NCBI GenBank assembly: GCA_903851445.1
Contig: CAINOH010000012.1
Span: 8,353 to 72,352, forward strand
DNA from: an uncultured Candidatus Micrarchaeota archaeon
GTDB lineage: Archaea; Micrarchaeota; Micrarchaeia; Norongarragalinales; CAINOH01
Direction: 5' to 3'
Length of the DNA: 64,000 nt
This document shows positions 62,685-64,000 of this stretch, one piece after another. Below the pieces are notes generated by a model. The model worked only from the letters and a program-made list of their open reading frames with translations. It had not been told where the DNA came from and made no database searches. Numbering within the stretch: the first letter of the stretch is position 1; each line of letters begins with the position of its first letter. The position numbers and the translations under genes were made by a program.

Positions 62685-62906
62685 ATGCAGGTATTCGTCT
62701 CAAAAGTAAGGCCATTGGGCTCGTCGCTGGGAGTCATTATTCCGCGCGAAGTCATCAAGGAGGCAAACCTCTCTTCAGGCAGCGAGGTGCACGTAAGCAT
62801 CCTCCAGCCCGACTTTAGTGCGCTTGACAGGGCGATAGGGAGTATGCGCGGCGCAAAGCCGTTCGTGCGCGACAGGCGCGACCGCCCATTACCTGGCAGG
62901 CGCTGA
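62685..62906 (+). CDS. vapB: AbrB/MazE-family antitoxin (VapB)
   Basis: VSKVRPLGSSLGVIIPREVIKEANLSSGSEVHV. 5 nt upstream of a PIN gene. Confidence 0.7.
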   Translation: MQVFVSKVRPLGSSLGVIIPREVIKEANLSSGSEVHVSILQPDFSALDRAIGSMRGAKPFVRDRRDRPLPGRR

Positions 62907-62911
62907 CACCC

Positions 62912-63295
62912 ATGCTCCTTGACACTTGGGCTTGGGCAGAGATGTTCGGATCTTCACGAACCGGCCTGGAACTGCGCAGCCAACTTTCCGGAAAAAGCGT
63001 ATATGCAAGCTCACTCACTCTTGCCGAAATCGTCGGGTGGTGCGAAAGGAACGGAAAAAACCCAGAGATATGCCTACAGGCGATAAAAGAGACTGCAATC
63101 ATACTTGACGCGACAGCACAGCACTGTGAAGCCGCAGGCATGCAATTTGGAAGACTACGAAAAGCAGCGGCGGGTATGGGAATGATTGACGCAATCATCT
63201 ACACACAGGCTACGGCCAACGGTCTTGAACTCGTAACTGGAGACAGCCACTTCAAACAATTCCCCGGAGTAAGGTTCATAAGCAACGAAAAATGA
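62912..63295 (+). CDS. vapC: PIN-domain toxin VapC
   Basis: MLLDTWAW...E...IDAIIYTQA...LVTGDSHF. Confidence 0.85.
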   Translation: MLLDTWAWAEMFGSSRTGLELRSQLSGKSVYASSLTLAEIVGWCERNGKNPEICLQAIKETAIILDATAQHCEAAGMQFGRLRKAAAGMGMIDAIIYTQATANGLELVTGDSHFKQFPGVRFISNEK

Positions 63296-63301
63296 GTGGG
63301 A

Positions 63302-63460
63302 CTAAATAGTTTCCAAAAGCTGCGCGCGCCGAAACCTCGCGTATTTGTCCTGCGGAGAATATCTTGCAGGGTGTGGCGTGACTGTTGCTGCCTTGCACGT
63401 AGGGCATTGCTGCTGCATGGTGTATGCGCGGCATTTCCTGCAGAAAAGGAGGGCCTTCAA
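63302..63460 (-). CDS. nop10: H/ACA RNP protein Nop10
   Basis: Below the track cutoff. A TTG start gives (M)KALLFCRKCRAYTMQQQCPTCKAATVTPHPARYSPQDKYARFRRAQLLETI, the Nop10 Zn-ribbon with PARYSP.D.Y. Confidence 0.85.
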   Translation of the reverse strand: MKALLFCRKCRAYTMQQQCPTCKAATVTPHPARYSPQDKYARFRRAQLLETI

Positions 63461-63490
63461 AGAAATCGCCTTTTGACCCCTTTACAATAT

Positions 63491-64000
63491 TTAGGCCTTT
63501 GCGGCCTTCTCCATCGAGAACTCAGTAAGCTCGGGCTTGATTAGCCCGGAAACAAGCACGGTGACCTTTGCAAGCCACTTGTCCAGCGTCTTGTAGTCCC
63601 TTGCAGTTGCGTCAACATAGTAGTTGGGCGCGCCTACGTAATGCACTGACACCTTAATCCCGTCCGAGCCTGACGCTTCGACTGCCGAGAGCACCTTGCG
63701 GACTATAAAGACGCCGTCGCCGTCGTAGCATTCTATCTTGAGCGCATAGCGCTGCGATGCGACCTTGGGCTTGATTTCCTGCTTTGCTACCTCGGTGATT
63801 ACCGCAAGCCACTCGGGCTTTATCTTGGACTTTATGGGCTGGTTGTCTGAAATCGCTTCAAACGCAGAATAGAGGTCTCCAAATTCGGCTACAAGCGCGT
63901 TGCCAGCCTCGGCAACTGCCTGCGCTGGCGGGACCTTCATCTTCTTTGCGCAGTGCTCCAAAAGCTTGGTTGCGCGCTGCTCGTTGGTGAATGAGAGAAG
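63491..64000 (-). CDS. eif2a: translation initiation factor aIF2 alpha subunit (N-terminus beyond the right window edge)
   Basis: The C-terminal domain ...IKVSVHYVGAPNYYVDATARDYKTLDKWL... is typical of aIF2-alpha. The reading frame continues to the window end. aIF2alpha-nop10 adjacency is conserved in archaea. Confidence 0.85.
   Translation of the reverse strand, partial: LLSFTNEQRATKLLEHCAKKMKVPPAQAVAEAGNALVAEFGDLYSAFEAISDNQPIKSKIKPEWLAVITEVAKQEIKPKVASQRYALKIECYDGDGVFIVRKVLSAVEASGSDGIKVSVHYVGAPNYYVDATARDYKTLDKWLAKVTVLVSGLIKPELTEFSMEKAAKA

Overview
This is a GC-rich, tightly packed archaeal chromosome segment with about 75 genes, most on the minus strand. Archaeal hallmarks include an archaeal-type AlaRS, aIF5B, aIF2-alpha, Nop10, S6e, Sec61-beta, aCPSF1, proteasome beta with a PAC2 chaperone, EndoQ, class III signal-peptide pilins and an intron-containing tRNA(CAU). 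Lineage cannot be assigned from the sequence alone. Layout: 0-7.5 kb holds tmk, Nudix, a dolichol-kinase-like/PAP2 pair, the tRNA, small HTH and TA-like genes, a TPR protein, three pilins, a GalT-family gene and two micro-ORFs. 7.5-16.8 kb holds alaS, ybaK, rps6e, infB and ndk, interrupted by MNT-HEPN and AbiEii/AbiEi cassettes. 16.8-25.1 kb is a three-gene surface operon: a 1340-aa and an 896-aa cell-surface protein plus a membrane-anchored polybasic repeat protein. 25.7-33 kb holds wHTH-grpE-dnaK-dnaJ, ftsZ and an M24 peptidase. 33-44 kb holds Sec61-beta, two HD hydrolases, VapBC, CYTH, a Fap7-like kinase, aCPSF1, psmB and FKBP. 44-53 kb is a visibly more AT-rich patch (judged by eye, not computed). 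It carries two paralogous wHTH genes, RelBE and a six-gene operon: KaiC-like, KaiC-like, Roadblock/LC7, FIST, LuxE-like, LuxC-like. 53-64 kb holds a putative S-layer gene, a MinD / coiled-coil / Zn-ribbon / DUF2073-like / GTPase cluster, mscL, EndoQ, PAC2, a second VapBC, nop10 and aIF2-alpha. No rRNA, CRISPR array, integrase or transposase was seen. The best candidate for a new system is the KaiC-Roadblock-FIST sensory module operonically coupled to a LuxE/LuxC acyl-activating and reducing pair. Secondary candidates are a possible box C/D guide inside the tRNA intron, the polybasic repeat protein in the surface operon, and paired palindromic operators at the chaperone operon promoter.
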